From positions 158,171-222,170 of the forward strand of contig CBDAQJ010000002.1 in the NCBI GenBank assembly GCA_965199155.1: a stretch of DNA of 64,000 nt, given 5' to 3'. The position numbers were made by a program, and so were the translations under genes. The notes under the pieces were generated by a model, which saw nothing but the letters and a program-made list of their open reading frames with translations, had not been told where the DNA came from and did no database searches. Position 1 is the stretch's first letter; each line of letters begins with the position of its first letter. Positions 9,908 to 18,952 of the stretch are shown piece after piece. This DNA is from Acetobacteraceae bacterium. Lineage in GTDB: Bacteria > Pseudomonadota > Alphaproteobacteria > Acetobacterales > Acetobacteraceae.

Positions 9908-10204
9908 ATGCGTGCAAGCGAAGGACTGGAGATCGTTCTTCCCACCTTGAGGTTGGCGTTCGCGACAGCGAGCCGGCTGGCCGATGTCCGCAACGCCGCC
10001 GCCGCCGCGCTGCCGCGAGGGTGGAGTCTTAACGACGCCGACACCGCCTCAGTCCTCGTCATGTGCGACGAGGACATGGATGGGGTGGCGTTTCTGGTGT
10101 CCGAAGAGACGGGCCTGCTCGAACTGCATGCGGTGATCGACGAGGAGCTCGTGCTGCTCAGTCGGCGCCGGACGGGCGGGTTGCACGTGCTGCGGGCGGC
10201 CTGA
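9908..10204 (+). CDS. Hypothetical protein, 98 aa, no recognisable family
   Basis: AAGGAG at 9895-9900, 7 nt before the ATG. Codon third positions are less GC-biased than in neighbouring genes. Converges on ccrM with a 9-nt gap. Confidence 0.45.
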   Translation: MRASEGLEIVLPTLRLAFATASRLADVRNAAAAALPRGWSLNDADTASVLVMCDEDMDGVAFLVSEETGLLELHAVIDEELVLLSRRRTGGLHVLRAA

Positions 10205-10213
10205 GCGAAGGCC

Positions 10214-11305
10214 TTACTCCGCCTCGAGCATCTCGCGCAGCACGTCGATCGCGATCAGCTCGTCGTCCCGCTCCATATGCCAGAACGTCCATCCATTGCA
10301 GGACGGCGTGTTCTGCAGCTGGGCGCCGACCTGGTGGATCGACCCGCGGAGCGTCCCTGCCACCAGCGTGCCGTCGGCGGCGACGGTCGCCGAGACGCGT
10401 CGCAGACGGTCGGTGAGCACCGTGCCGGCGGCGATCCGGCCTTCCTCGACGAGGCGGCCGAACGGGATCCGCTTGGCGGCGCGCTTGGTGGCGCTGCTGG
10501 CCGCAGCACTGCGCGGGATGCGGCGCTCGGCGAGCAGGCGGGCGAGTGCGGCCTCAACATAGGCCGGGTGGCGCTCGATGCCGATGAAGCGGCGGTGCAG
10601 GCGTTTGGCCACGACGGCCGTGGTGCCGGTGCCGAGGAACGGGTCGAGCACCACGTCGTCGATGTCGGTCGAGGCCAGCAGCACGCGGTGCAGCAGGGAT
10701 TCGGGTTTTTGGGTCGGGTGCAGTTTCAGGCCGTGCTCGTTGCGCAGGCGCTCGGGGCCGGTGCAGAGCGGCAGGAGCCAGTCGCTGCGCATCTGCAGGT
10801 CGTCGTTGAGCGCCTTCATGGCCTGGTAGTTGAAGCGGTATCGGCTGGTGCGGCCGCGGGCGGCCCAGATCAGGGTTTCGTGCGCGTTGGTGAAGCGGCG
10901 ACCGCGGAAGTTCGGCATCGGGTTGGATTTGCGCCAGATGACGTCGTTCAGGATCCAGAAGCCCAGCTCCTGCAGGATGGCGCCGATCCGGAAAATGTTG
11001 TGGTAGGAGCCGATCACCCAGAGCGTGCCGTCCTTGACCAGCAGGCGCTGCGCCTCGGTCAGCCATTCGCGGGTGAAGCGGTCGTAGGTCTCGAAATCGG
11101 CGAAGCGGTCCCAGTCCTCGTCGACGCCGTCGACCAGGCTGTCGTCTGGCCGACGCAGTTCGCCACGAAGCTGGAGGTTGTAGGGGGGGTCGGCGAAGAT
11201 GCAGTGGATCGAGGCGGAGGGAAGCATCCGCATCTGGTGGACGCAGTCGCCCCGCAGCACCTGGTCGAGCGGCAGGACTAATCCGCGGTCCACTTCGTCC
11301 CTCAT
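10214..11305 (-). CDS. ccrM: Cell-cycle-regulated DNA adenine methyltransferase, CcrM type (GANTC, beta-class N6-MTase)
   Basis: IFADPPYNLQL (motif IV) near the N-terminus, HPTQKPESLL, VLDPFLGTGTTAVVAKRL (motif I), plus the ~80-aa C-terminal extension typical of CcrM. No adjacent restriction gene. Confidence 0.9.
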   Translation of the reverse strand: MRDEVDRGLVLPLDQVLRGDCVHQMRMLPSASIHCIFADPPYNLQLRGELRRPDDSLVDGVDEDWDRFADFETYDRFTREWLTEAQRLLVKDGTLWVIGSYHNIFRIGAILQELGFWILNDVIWRKSNPMPNFRGRRFTNAHETLIWAARGRTSRYRFNYQAMKALNDDLQMRSDWLLPLCTGPERLRNEHGLKLHPTQKPESLLHRVLLASTDIDDVVLDPFLGTGTTAVVAKRLHRRFIGIERHPAYVEAALARLLAERRIPRSAAASSATKRAAKRIPFGRLVEEGRIAAGTVLTDRLRRVSATVAADGTLVAGTLRGSIHQVGAQLQNTPSCNGWTFWHMERDDELIAIDVLREMLEAE

Positions 11306-11329
11306 CGGTGCCGGAAGGCGGGCATCGGT

Positions 11330-11947
11330 CTAGCCTGCAAGCTCTAGGGCCAGCTGGCGGACGGTGCCGAAGGCCGCGCGATGGTGCCGGGTGGGGCCGA
11401 GTGCGCGCAGCGCGGTGCGGTGCGCCCCCGTGGCGTAGCCGGCATTGCTGTGCCAGCCGTAGCCGGGGCAGCGCTGGCCGAGGCGGAGCATCAGGCGGTC
11501 GCGCGTGACCTTGGCGACGATCGAGGCCGCCGCGATCGAGAGTGACAGCGCGTCGCCGCCGATCACGCAGCTGGTGGGACAGGCGAGGGTTGGCGCGCGG
11601 TTGCCGTCGATCAGCGCGACGTCGGGGAGCGACGGCAGGCGGCCCACCGCGCGTGCCATGGCGAGCATCGACGCCCAGAGGATGTTGATGCGGTCGATCT
11701 CGGCGACCGAGGCGGCGCCGAGCGCGATCTCGGCCGAACCGGACGCGAGCAGGGCGGCATAGGCGAGATCGCGGGCGGCGGCGTCGAGGCGCTTGCTGTC
11801 GTCGAGCAGCGGGGCGAGGTCGACTGGCACTCCGCGGGGGAAAACCACGGCGGCGGCGAGGACGGGCCCTGCGAGCGGCCCGCGGCCCACCTCGTCGACC
11901 CCTGCCACCCGGCCCCCATGCTGCGATTCGATGGCGAAATCCGGCAT
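11330..11947 (-). CDS. rnhB: Ribonuclease HII
   Basis: [15 protein letters not shown]...SK...[13 protein letters not shown] motifs. 24 nt upstream of ccrM on the same strand. Confidence 0.92.
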   Translation of the reverse strand: MPDFAIESQHGGRVAGVDEVGRGPLAGPVLAAAVVFPRGVPVDLAPLLDDSKRLDAAARDLAYAALLASGSAEIALGAASVAEIDRINILWASMLAMARAVGRLPSLPDVALIDGNRAPTLACPTSCVIGGDALSLSIAAASIVAKVTRDRLMLRLGQRCPGYGWHSNAGYATGAHRTALRALGPTRHHRAAFGTVRQLALELAG

Positions 11948-12031
11948 GGGAGTCTCTGAGCATTTCGCCTCTGCTCACGCAAGCGCGAGGCGCGGGCGCA
12001 CTCGGGGTCGGTTTGCAAACTTCGATCGGGC

Positions 12032-12234
12032 GAAGAAGGCCAGGGGCTCTGCCCCTGGACCCCGTTAAGGGCGGAGCCCTTAAAACCCCCTACTGAAGGT
12101 TGAATTACAGTCGCTGGAGCCGGATTGCGTTAGCCGAAGTCTAATTTCAGGCTTCGCCAGGGAACAACCCAAACAATCAGGGTTCCAAGGGACGACTGTC
12201 CCTTGGCGGGTCCAGGGCAGAGCCCTGGCCTTCC
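12032..12234. repeat. Four-hairpin palindromic element, copy 2 (expanded, ~80 bp extra between hairpins 2 and 3)
   Basis: Termini and hairpins 1, 2 and 4 are nearly identical to copy 1. Hairpin 3 is CCAAGGGACgactGTCCCTTGG. The internal AT-richer segment spans about 12080-12178. Confidence 0.9.
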
Positions 12235-12263
12235 CCTTCGACCGAGAGTTCTCAAACAGCCCC

Positions 12264-12722
12264 TCAGATGCAACGGAGATGGCGCACCGCGAAGGTGCCG
12301 GTGCCGGCCAGACGCGCGGCCACGATGGTCCGGTGGCACAAAGCCGGATCCGCCTCGAAGCAGAGCAGGCAGCATGGCTCGGCGGCAGCCAGCGCTACGG
12401 CCTCGGCGAGCGCGGCGCAGGCGTCGGGTGTCGCGAGATGCGCCTCGTAGATCCGGGCGAGGCCTGCTTCGTCCCCGTTGCGCGCCGCGATCCGGCCGGG
12501 CTTGGGCGTGCCCAGCGCGCGCAGATGGGTGTAGGCGATCCCGACATCGGCGACGCTCGCGGCCAGCATCCGCTTGGAGAAGCCCGGCTTGCGCGACTGG
12601 GGGATGGCGCGGACGTCGAGCAGGCGGGTGGCGCCGCTCGCACGGAGGAAGCCCACGAAGTCGCGGAGCGACAGGCCCTCGTAGCCGATCGTGACCAGGG
12701 GCGTCATGAGGGGCGAGGTCAT
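12264..12722 (-). CDS. DUF488 family protein
   Basis: VTIGYEG...LLDVR..P.SRKPGFSK...LCFE..P..CHR pattern typical of DUF488. Alternative ATG at 12707. Confidence 0.75.
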   Translation of the reverse strand: MTSPLMTPLVTIGYEGLSLRDFVGFLRASGATRLLDVRAIPQSRKPGFSKRMLAASVADVGIAYTHLRALGTPKPGRIAARNGDEAGLARIYEAHLATPDACAALAEAVALAAAEPCCLLCFEADPALCHRTIVAARLAGTGTFAVRHLRCI

Positions 12723-12767
12723 GGCAGAGGCCTTGTCACGCGGCAGCCGATCGGGCTTCTCGGGTCC

Positions 12768-14201
12768 ATGGCAGACCAGATGTCGAGCGGGACGGACACG
12801 TCAGGCGGCGTGCGAACGCGCAGGTCGCGCACGGTGCCGCTGATCATCGCGAGCGCCATGTTCATGGAGCAGCTCGACGGCACGGTCCTGGCGACCGCGC
12901 TGCCGAGCATGGCGCGGACGTTCGACGTCGATCCGCTGCATATGAGTGTCGCACTCACCTCCTACCTCGTGAGCCTGGCGGTGCTGATCCCGGCCTCGGG
13001 CGTGCTGGCCGACCGGCTCGGCAGCCGCACGGTGTTCGCGGCGGCGATCGCGCTGTTCACGCTGGGCTCGATCCTGTGTGCGGCGAGCCCGAGCCTGGCC
13101 TTCCTGGTGGCGGCCCGCCTGCTGCAGGGGGCTGGGGGTGCGATGATGGTGCCGGTGGGGCGGCTGGTGCTGCTGCAGACCACGCCCAAGAGCGAGCTGG
13201 TGGCGGTGATGAACTGGCTGTTGGTGCCGGCGACGCTCGGCCCGCTGATGGGACCGCCGGTGGGCGGGTTCCTGGTGAGCGCGCTGAACTGGCGGTTCAT
13301 CTTCATCATCAACGTGCCCATGGGCGTGGCCGGGTTCGCGCTCACGCTGTGGCTGATCCCGCAGCTGCGGGGAACCGTGCGGCGGCGCTTCGACATCAGC
13401 GGCATGATCACGTCGGGGATCGCGCTGACCACGCTGATCTTCGGGCTCGAGCTCGCGAGCCAGGGCGCGCTGCGGGCCTGGGGCGTGTGCCTGCTGGTGG
13501 CGATCGCGGTGGCGAGCACCACGCTCTACGTCAGGCATGCGCGGCGGACGCGGCATCCGATCCTGGACCTGCGGCTGATGCGGCTGCCGACGTTCCGGGT
13601 GTCGGTGCTGGCGGGAGCCGCGACCCGGATCGCCGTGGGGGCCGTACCGTTCCTGCTGCCGCTGCTGCTGCAGGTGGGGATCGGGATGTCGGCGGCGCGG
13701 GCGGGAATGGTGACGTTCGTGACCGCGCTGGGGTCGCTCGCGATGCGCAGCCTGTCGCGACGGCTGATCCGACGCTTCGGCTACCGGCGGATCATGATGT
13801 GGAACGGGGTGGGGGCGGCGCTGTTCTCGTTCGCCTGCGCCACGTTCCGGCCGGACACCAGCCTCGTGCTGATCTACGCGGTGCTGTTCGCGGGCGGCTT
13901 CTCGCAGTCGCTGCAGTTCACGTCGTACAACACGCTGGCCTATGCCGAGGTGCCGCCCGGGCGGATGAGTGCGGCCACCAGCTTCTATGCGACCATGCAG
14001 CAGGTGCTGCTGACGCTGGGGATCTGCGTCGCGGCCGGGGTGCTGGCGGTCTCGATTGCGATGCGCGGGGTGGGGCGGGCCGGGCTCGTGGATTTCTCGG
14101 TGGCCTTCGCGGTGGTGGGGGCGGTGGCGCTGATCGCACCGCTGGTGTCGTCGTGGCTGGCACCGGATGCCGGCAGCGAGCTCAGCGGACACAAGCGGTG
14201 A
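12768..14201 (+). CDS. MFS transporter, DHA2 (EmrB/QacA-like) drug:H+ antiporter family
   Basis: In-frame ATG inside ORF 12279..14201. LDGTVLATALPSMA, LADRLGSRTVF (motif A-like), LLQGAGGAMMVP. 477 aa, consistent with 14 TM segments. Confidence 0.85.
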   Translation: MADQMSSGTDTSGGVRTRRSRTVPLIIASAMFMEQLDGTVLATALPSMARTFDVDPLHMSVALTSYLVSLAVLIPASGVLADRLGSRTVFAAAIALFTLGSILCAASPSLAFLVAARLLQGAGGAMMVPVGRLVLLQTTPKSELVAVMNWLLVPATLGPLMGPPVGGFLVSALNWRFIFIINVPMGVAGFALTLWLIPQLRGTVRRRFDISGMITSGIALTTLIFGLELASQGALRAWGVCLLVAIAVASTTLYVRHARRTRHPILDLRLMRLPTFRVSVLAGAATRIAVGAVPFLLPLLLQVGIGMSAARAGMVTFVTALGSLAMRSLSRRLIRRFGYRRIMMWNGVGAALFSFACATFRPDTSLVLIYAVLFAGGFSQSLQFTSYNTLAYAEVPPGRMSAATSFYATMQQVLLTLGICVAAGVLAVSIAMRGVGRAGLVDFSVAFAVVGAVALIAPLVSSWLAPDAGSELSGHKR

Positions 14202-14558
14202 GGCTCAGAGAGGTCGGCGGAGCGTCTGTTGGCCGGGGGACGCCGCCGCCTGCGGGTCGGCGCCGGTGCGGATGGCGCCGAGGGTCAACCGCAGCGCGTC
14301 GCGCTCGAGGGCGAGGGTCTTGCGGAACATCCCCTGATCTCCTCGGTGCGAATGGTGTTATGGCAGGGGTTATGTTGGCGTCAGCGTAGCATTCGCGCAG
14401 TTCCGCCTCAATCTCGCGACGCGGGCTGCACGGATCTGCAAAGCTTCGTCGCGTTACGTCGGACAACATGACGGCCGCATAACTGGCCGACCGCAGCACT
14501 TCTGATAGAAGGGTGGCGAACAGGGCTGCCTCGGGCGGCTCGCCGGATCAGGACACCG

Positions 14559-15812
14559 ATGGACGAACAGATCAGCCCCCGCCCGGTCGCGCCGCCGGTG
14601 GCGAGCGACGGACGCAGGACCCGCCGCCGGGGCGGCGTCCTTCTTTGGGTCATCCTGATCGGCGCGATCGTGGCGGTGGTGCTCTGGCATCCGTGGGTCG
14701 CGACCGCGCCGAAGCATCCCGCGCAGCCGCCGCAGCCGGTGGCGGTGAGCACGGTCGCGCGCGGCGACATGCCGGTGGTGCTGACCGAGCTCGGCACGGT
14801 GACGCCGCTGGCGACGGTGACCGTGCAGAGCCAGGTGAGCGGCTACCTGCTGCAGGTGAATTTCGAGGAGGGACAGGAGGTCAGGAAGGGCCAGCTGCTG
14901 GCATTGGTCGACCCCCGCCCCTACCAGGTCGAGATCGAGCAGTACACGGCGACGCTCCAGCGCGACCAGGCGGCGCTGCACGAGGCGCAGATGGACCTGG
15001 CGCGCTACCAGGCGCTGGGGCGGCAGAACTCGATCGCCAAGCAGACGCTCGAGGACCAGGTGTTCACGGTGGCGCAGGACGAGGCGGCGACGCGGATCGA
15101 CCAGTCGCAGATCGACAGCGCCAAGCTGAACCTGCAGTACTGCCATATCACGGCGCCGGTCGACGGGCGCGTGGGGCTGCGGCAGATCGATGCCGGGAAC
15201 TACGTGACGGCGTCCGAGACCAACGGGCTGGTGGTGCTGACCGAGATCAAGCCGATCTCGGTGATCTTCACGGTGTCGGAGGACGACATCCAGCCGATCC
15301 TGGCCAAGCTGCAGGGGGGAGCGCCGCTCCAGGTCGATGCCTATGACCGGGCGGATGTGACGAACCTGGCGGCGGGCGCGGTCGAGACGATCGACAACCA
15401 GGTCGATACCAGCACCGGCACCGTGAAGCTGCGCGCGACGTTCCCGAACACCGACGAACGGCTGTTCCCGAACGAGTTCGTCAACGCGCATCTGCTGCTC
15501 GACACGCTCAGGAACGCGATCATCGTGCCCTCGCCCGCGGTGCAGAACGGGCCGAACGGCGCGTTCCTCTACGTGATCGAGCGGACGCAGGAGAAGGGCA
15601 AGCAGGTCGAGAAGGTAGCGGTGCGCAACGTGCAGACCGGCTACGCGCATGCCGAGAAGACGGTGATCAGCTCGGGGCTGAACGACGGCGACCAGGTGGT
15701 GGTCGACGGGACGGACCGGCTGAAGGATGGGGCGGTGGTGACGATCCCGGCCGAGCATCCGGAGGCGAAGGGGCAGCCGGATGGCCATCAGCATCGGCAC
15801 CATCAGGAATGA
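14559..15812 (+). CDS. mdtA: RND efflux periplasmic adaptor, MdtA type
   Basis: VTVQSQVSGYLLQVNFEEGQEVRKGQLLALVDPRPYQ...YCHITAPVDGRVGLRQIDAGNYV. Followed by two RND permease paralogs, as in mdtABC. Confidence 0.9.
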   Translation: MDEQISPRPVAPPVASDGRRTRRRGGVLLWVILIGAIVAVVLWHPWVATAPKHPAQPPQPVAVSTVARGDMPVVLTELGTVTPLATVTVQSQVSGYLLQVNFEEGQEVRKGQLLALVDPRPYQVEIEQYTATLQRDQAALHEAQMDLARYQALGRQNSIAKQTLEDQVFTVAQDEAATRIDQSQIDSAKLNLQYCHITAPVDGRVGLRQIDAGNYVTASETNGLVVLTEIKPISVIFTVSEDDIQPILAKLQGGAPLQVDAYDRADVTNLAAGAVETIDNQVDTSTGTVKLRATFPNTDERLFPNEFVNAHLLLDTLRNAIIVPSPAVQNGPNGAFLYVIERTQEKGKQVEKVAVRNVQTGYAHAEKTVISSGLNDGDQVVVDGTDRLKDGAVVTIPAEHPEAKGQPDGHQHRHHQE

Positions 15813-18800
15813 ACCCGTCGCGCATCTTCATCCTGCGGCCGGTCGCGACCTCGCTGCTGATGATCGCGATCCTGCTGGTGGGGATCATCTCGTTCAAATA
15901 CCTGCCGATCTCGGCGCTGCCGCAGGTCGACTACCCGACGATCCAGGTGAAGACGTTCTATCCGGGGGCGAGCCCGGAGGTGATGACGACGGCGATCACG
16001 GCGCCGCTCGAGTTCGATTTCGGCAGCATGGAGGGGCTGTCGCAGATGGTGTCGCAGAGCTCCGGCGGGGCCTCGGTGATCACGCTGCGGTTCGGGCTCG
16101 ATACCGATCTCGACGAGGACGAGCAGGAGGTGCAGGCCGCCGTCAACGAGGCGAACTCGCTGCTGCCCACCGACCTGCCGGCGCCGCCGGTGTATTCCAA
16201 GATCAACCCGGCGGATGCGCCGGTGATCACGCTGGGTGTCACCAGCAGGACGATGAACCTGGTCGACGTGCAGGACGCGATCAGCACGCGGCTGGCGCAG
16301 AAGCTCAGCGAGATCAGCGGGGTCGGCGCGGTCGAGGTGTCTGGCGGGAATGTCCATGCGTTGCGGGTGCAGCTCAATCAGCGGGCGCTGTACGCGTACG
16401 GGATCTCGCCGGACAACATCCGCACCACGATCGCGAACGTGAACGTCAATTCGCCGAGCGGCGGGTTCGACGGGAAGCTGCAATCGACGACGCTCCGCGA
16501 GGACAGCCAGATCAACGATCCGGAGGTGCTCGCCAATCAGGTGATCACCTATCTGAACGGGGCGCCGATCCGGATCCGCGATGTGGGGCGCGTCGTTGTC
16601 GGGCCGGAGAACAAGTATCTGGCGGCCTGGGCGAACCGGACGCCGGCGCTGGTGGTGAACGTGCAGCGCCAGCCGGGGGCGAACGTGATCGCTACGGTGG
16701 ATGCGATCAAGCGCGCGCTGCCGATGCTGCAGGCGGCACTCCCGGCGGGGATCGACGTGACGCCGCTGGCCGACCGGACGGTGACGATCCGGGCGTCGGT
16801 CAACGATGTGGAGTTCGAGCTGGCGCTGGCCGTGCTGCTGGTGGTCGCGGTGATTTTTGTGTTCCTGCGGTCGCTGCGGGCGACGCTGATCCCGAGCCTG
16901 TCGGTGCCGCTGTCGCTGATCGGCACGCTGGCCGTGATGTACATGCTGGGCTACTCGCTCGACAATCTGTCGCTGATGTCGCTGACGATCGCGTCGGGCT
17001 TTGTGGTCGACGATGCGATCGTGATGATCGAGAATATTTCCCGCTACCTCGAGGAAGGGATGGAGCCGCGGGAGGCCGCACTGGTCGGGTCGCAGCAGAT
17101 CGGCTTCACGATCGTGTCGCTGACGGTGTCGCTGATCGCCGTGCTGATCCCGCTGCTGTTCATGGGCGATGTGACCGGGCGGCTGTTCCATGAGTTTGCG
17201 GTGGTGCTCGGCGTGACCATCGTGATCTCGGGCGTGGTGTCGCTCACGCTGGTGCCGATGCTGTGTGCGCTGCTGCTGCGGAGTTCGGGCGGTGAGCATG
17301 CGCCGCCCGCGCGGCGGAGCTTCATGACGCGGGCGTTCGACGGGCTGATCGGCGGGTATCATCGTGCGCTGCTGGTGGTGCTGGACCATCAGGAGGTCAC
17401 GCTGCTGATCGCGGCGGCGACACTCGCGGGCACCGTGCTGCTGTATGTGGTGATTCCGAAAGGGTTCTTCCCGACGCAGGATACCGGCCTGATCCAGGGC
17501 ATCTCGATCGCGCCCGAGACGGTGTCGTTCGCGACCATGAGCACGCTGCAGCAGAAGCTGGGTGCTGCGATCCTGACCGATCCGGACGTGGTCAGCATCT
17601 CCTCGTTCATCGGCATCGACGGGACCAACACGACGCTCAACCAGGGCCGCTTCGAGATCAGCCTCAAGACGCGCGATACGCGCACGCTCGGGGCGGACGC
17701 GATCGTCGCGCGGCTGGCGGCCGAGACTGCCAACGTCGCCGGCATCCGGCTGACGATGCAGCCGGTGCAGGACCTGACGCTGGCGACGCAGACGAGTGCG
17801 GCGCGCTACCAGTTCGTGCTGATGTCGCCGACGAACGCCGAGTTGGCGCAGATCGCGCCCAAGGTGCTGACCGCGCTGCAGCGACGCCCCGAACTGGTCG
17901 ACGTGAACGACGACCTGCAGCAGAACGGGCGCGGCGTGATGATCACGATCGATCGCGCGACCGCCGCGCGCTTCGGCATCACGCCGGCGACCGTCGATAA
18001 CGCTCTGTATGACGCGTTTGGGCAGCGGCAGATCTCCACGGTCTACACGCAGTCGCAGCAATACCGGATCATCCAGGAGGCGGATCCGACGCTCACGCAC
18101 GACCTCTCGGCGCTGAACCAGATCTACCTGCCGGCGAGCGGGATGACGGCGGGGACCAGCAGCGGATCGTCCTCCGGGGCGACGACGACGCAGGTGCCGC
18201 TCTCGGCGATCGTCAGCGTGCGTGTCGTGCCCGAGCCGCTGCTGGTCACGCATCTCGGGCAGTTCCCGGCGACCACCATGTCGTTCAACCTGGCCCCGGG
18301 CGTGTCGCTCGGGCCGGCGGTCGATGCGGTGCACGCGACCATCGCGGGGCTGCATCTGCCCGGAAGTGCGGAGACGTCGTTCGAGGGGGATGCCGCGTCG
18401 TTCGAAGGTTCGCTCGGCAACGAGCTCTATCTCATCCTGGCGGCGGTGGCCGCCGTCTACATCGTGCTCGGTGTGCTCTACGAGAGTTTTATTCACCCGG
18501 TCACCATCCTGTCGACGCTGCCGTCGGCGGGTGTGGGCGCGTTGCTGACGCTGATGATCGCGGGACATGATCTCGACATCATCGGCATCATCGGTATCGT
18601 GCTGCTGATCGGCATCGTGAAGAAGAACGCCATCATGATGGTGGACTTCGCGCTGCAGGCCGAGCGCGGCGAAGGCAAGTCGCCGCGCGAGGCGATCGAG
18701 CAGGCGGCGTTGCTGCGGTTCCGGCCGATCCTGATGACGACGCTGGCCGCCATGCTCGGCGGCGTGCCGCTGATGCTGGGCCAGGGCACGGGATCGGAAC

Positions 18801-18952
18801 TGCGCCAGCCGCTCGGGCTCGCGATCGTGGGCGGGCTCGCGGTGAGCCAGGTGCTGACGATCTTTACGACGCCGGTGATCTATCTCGCATTCGACCGGGT
18901 GGCGCGGCGCTTCGCCGGACGACGGTCGCGCGATCGCGAGGCGCACGCTTGA
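15809..18952 (+). CDS. mdtB: RND multidrug efflux permease, MdtB type
   Basis: ATGA overlap with mdtA. The N-terminus IFILRPVATSLLMIAILLVGIISFKYLPISALPQVDYPTIQV..YPGASPEVMT closely parallels E. coli MdtB as I recall it. Confidence 0.92.
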   Translation: MNPSRIFILRPVATSLLMIAILLVGIISFKYLPISALPQVDYPTIQVKTFYPGASPEVMTTAITAPLEFDFGSMEGLSQMVSQSSGGASVITLRFGLDTDLDEDEQEVQAAVNEANSLLPTDLPAPPVYSKINPADAPVITLGVTSRTMNLVDVQDAISTRLAQKLSEISGVGAVEVSGGNVHALRVQLNQRALYAYGISPDNIRTTIANVNVNSPSGGFDGKLQSTTLREDSQINDPEVLANQVITYLNGAPIRIRDVGRVVVGPENKYLAAWANRTPALVVNVQRQPGANVIATVDAIKRALPMLQAALPAGIDVTPLADRTVTIRASVNDVEFELALAVLLVVAVIFVFLRSLRATLIPSLSVPLSLIGTLAVMYMLGYSLDNLSLMSLTIASGFVVDDAIVMIENISRYLEEGMEPREAALVGSQQIGFTIVSLTVSLIAVLIPLLFMGDVTGRLFHEFAVVLGVTIVISGVVSLTLVPMLCALLLRSSGGEHAPPARRSFMTRAFDGLIGGYHRALLVVLDHQEVTLLIAAATLAGTVLLYVVIPKGFFPTQDTGLIQGISIAPETVSFATMSTLQQKLGAAILTDPDVVSISSFIGIDGTNTTLNQGRFEISLKTRDTRTLGADAIVARLAAETANVAGIRLTMQPVQDLTLATQTSAARYQFVLMSPTNAELAQIAPKVLTALQRRPELVDVNDDLQQNGRGVMITIDRATAARFGITPATVDNALYDAFGQRQISTVYTQSQQYRIIQEADPTLTHDLSALNQIYLPASGMTAGTSSGSSSGATTTQVPLSAIVSVRVVPEPLLVTHLGQFPATTMSFNLAPGVSLGPAVDAVHATIAGLHLPGSAETSFEGDAASFEGSLGNELYLILAAVAAVYIVLGVLYESFIHPVTILSTLPSAGVGALLTLMIAGHDLDIIGIIGIVLLIGIVKKNAIMMVDFALQAERGEGKSPREAIEQAALLRFRPILMTTLAAMLGGVPLMLGQGTGSELRQPLGLAIVGGLAVSQVLTIFTTPVIYLAFDRVARRFAGRRSRDREAHA

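Noticed and set aside
14182-14499. A 105-aa minus-strand ORF in the MFS-mdtA spacer.
   Set aside because: The composition is Pro/Arg-rich junk with no RBS. The only part of this spacer with gene-like properties is the separate 41-codon frame reported as a low-confidence finding.
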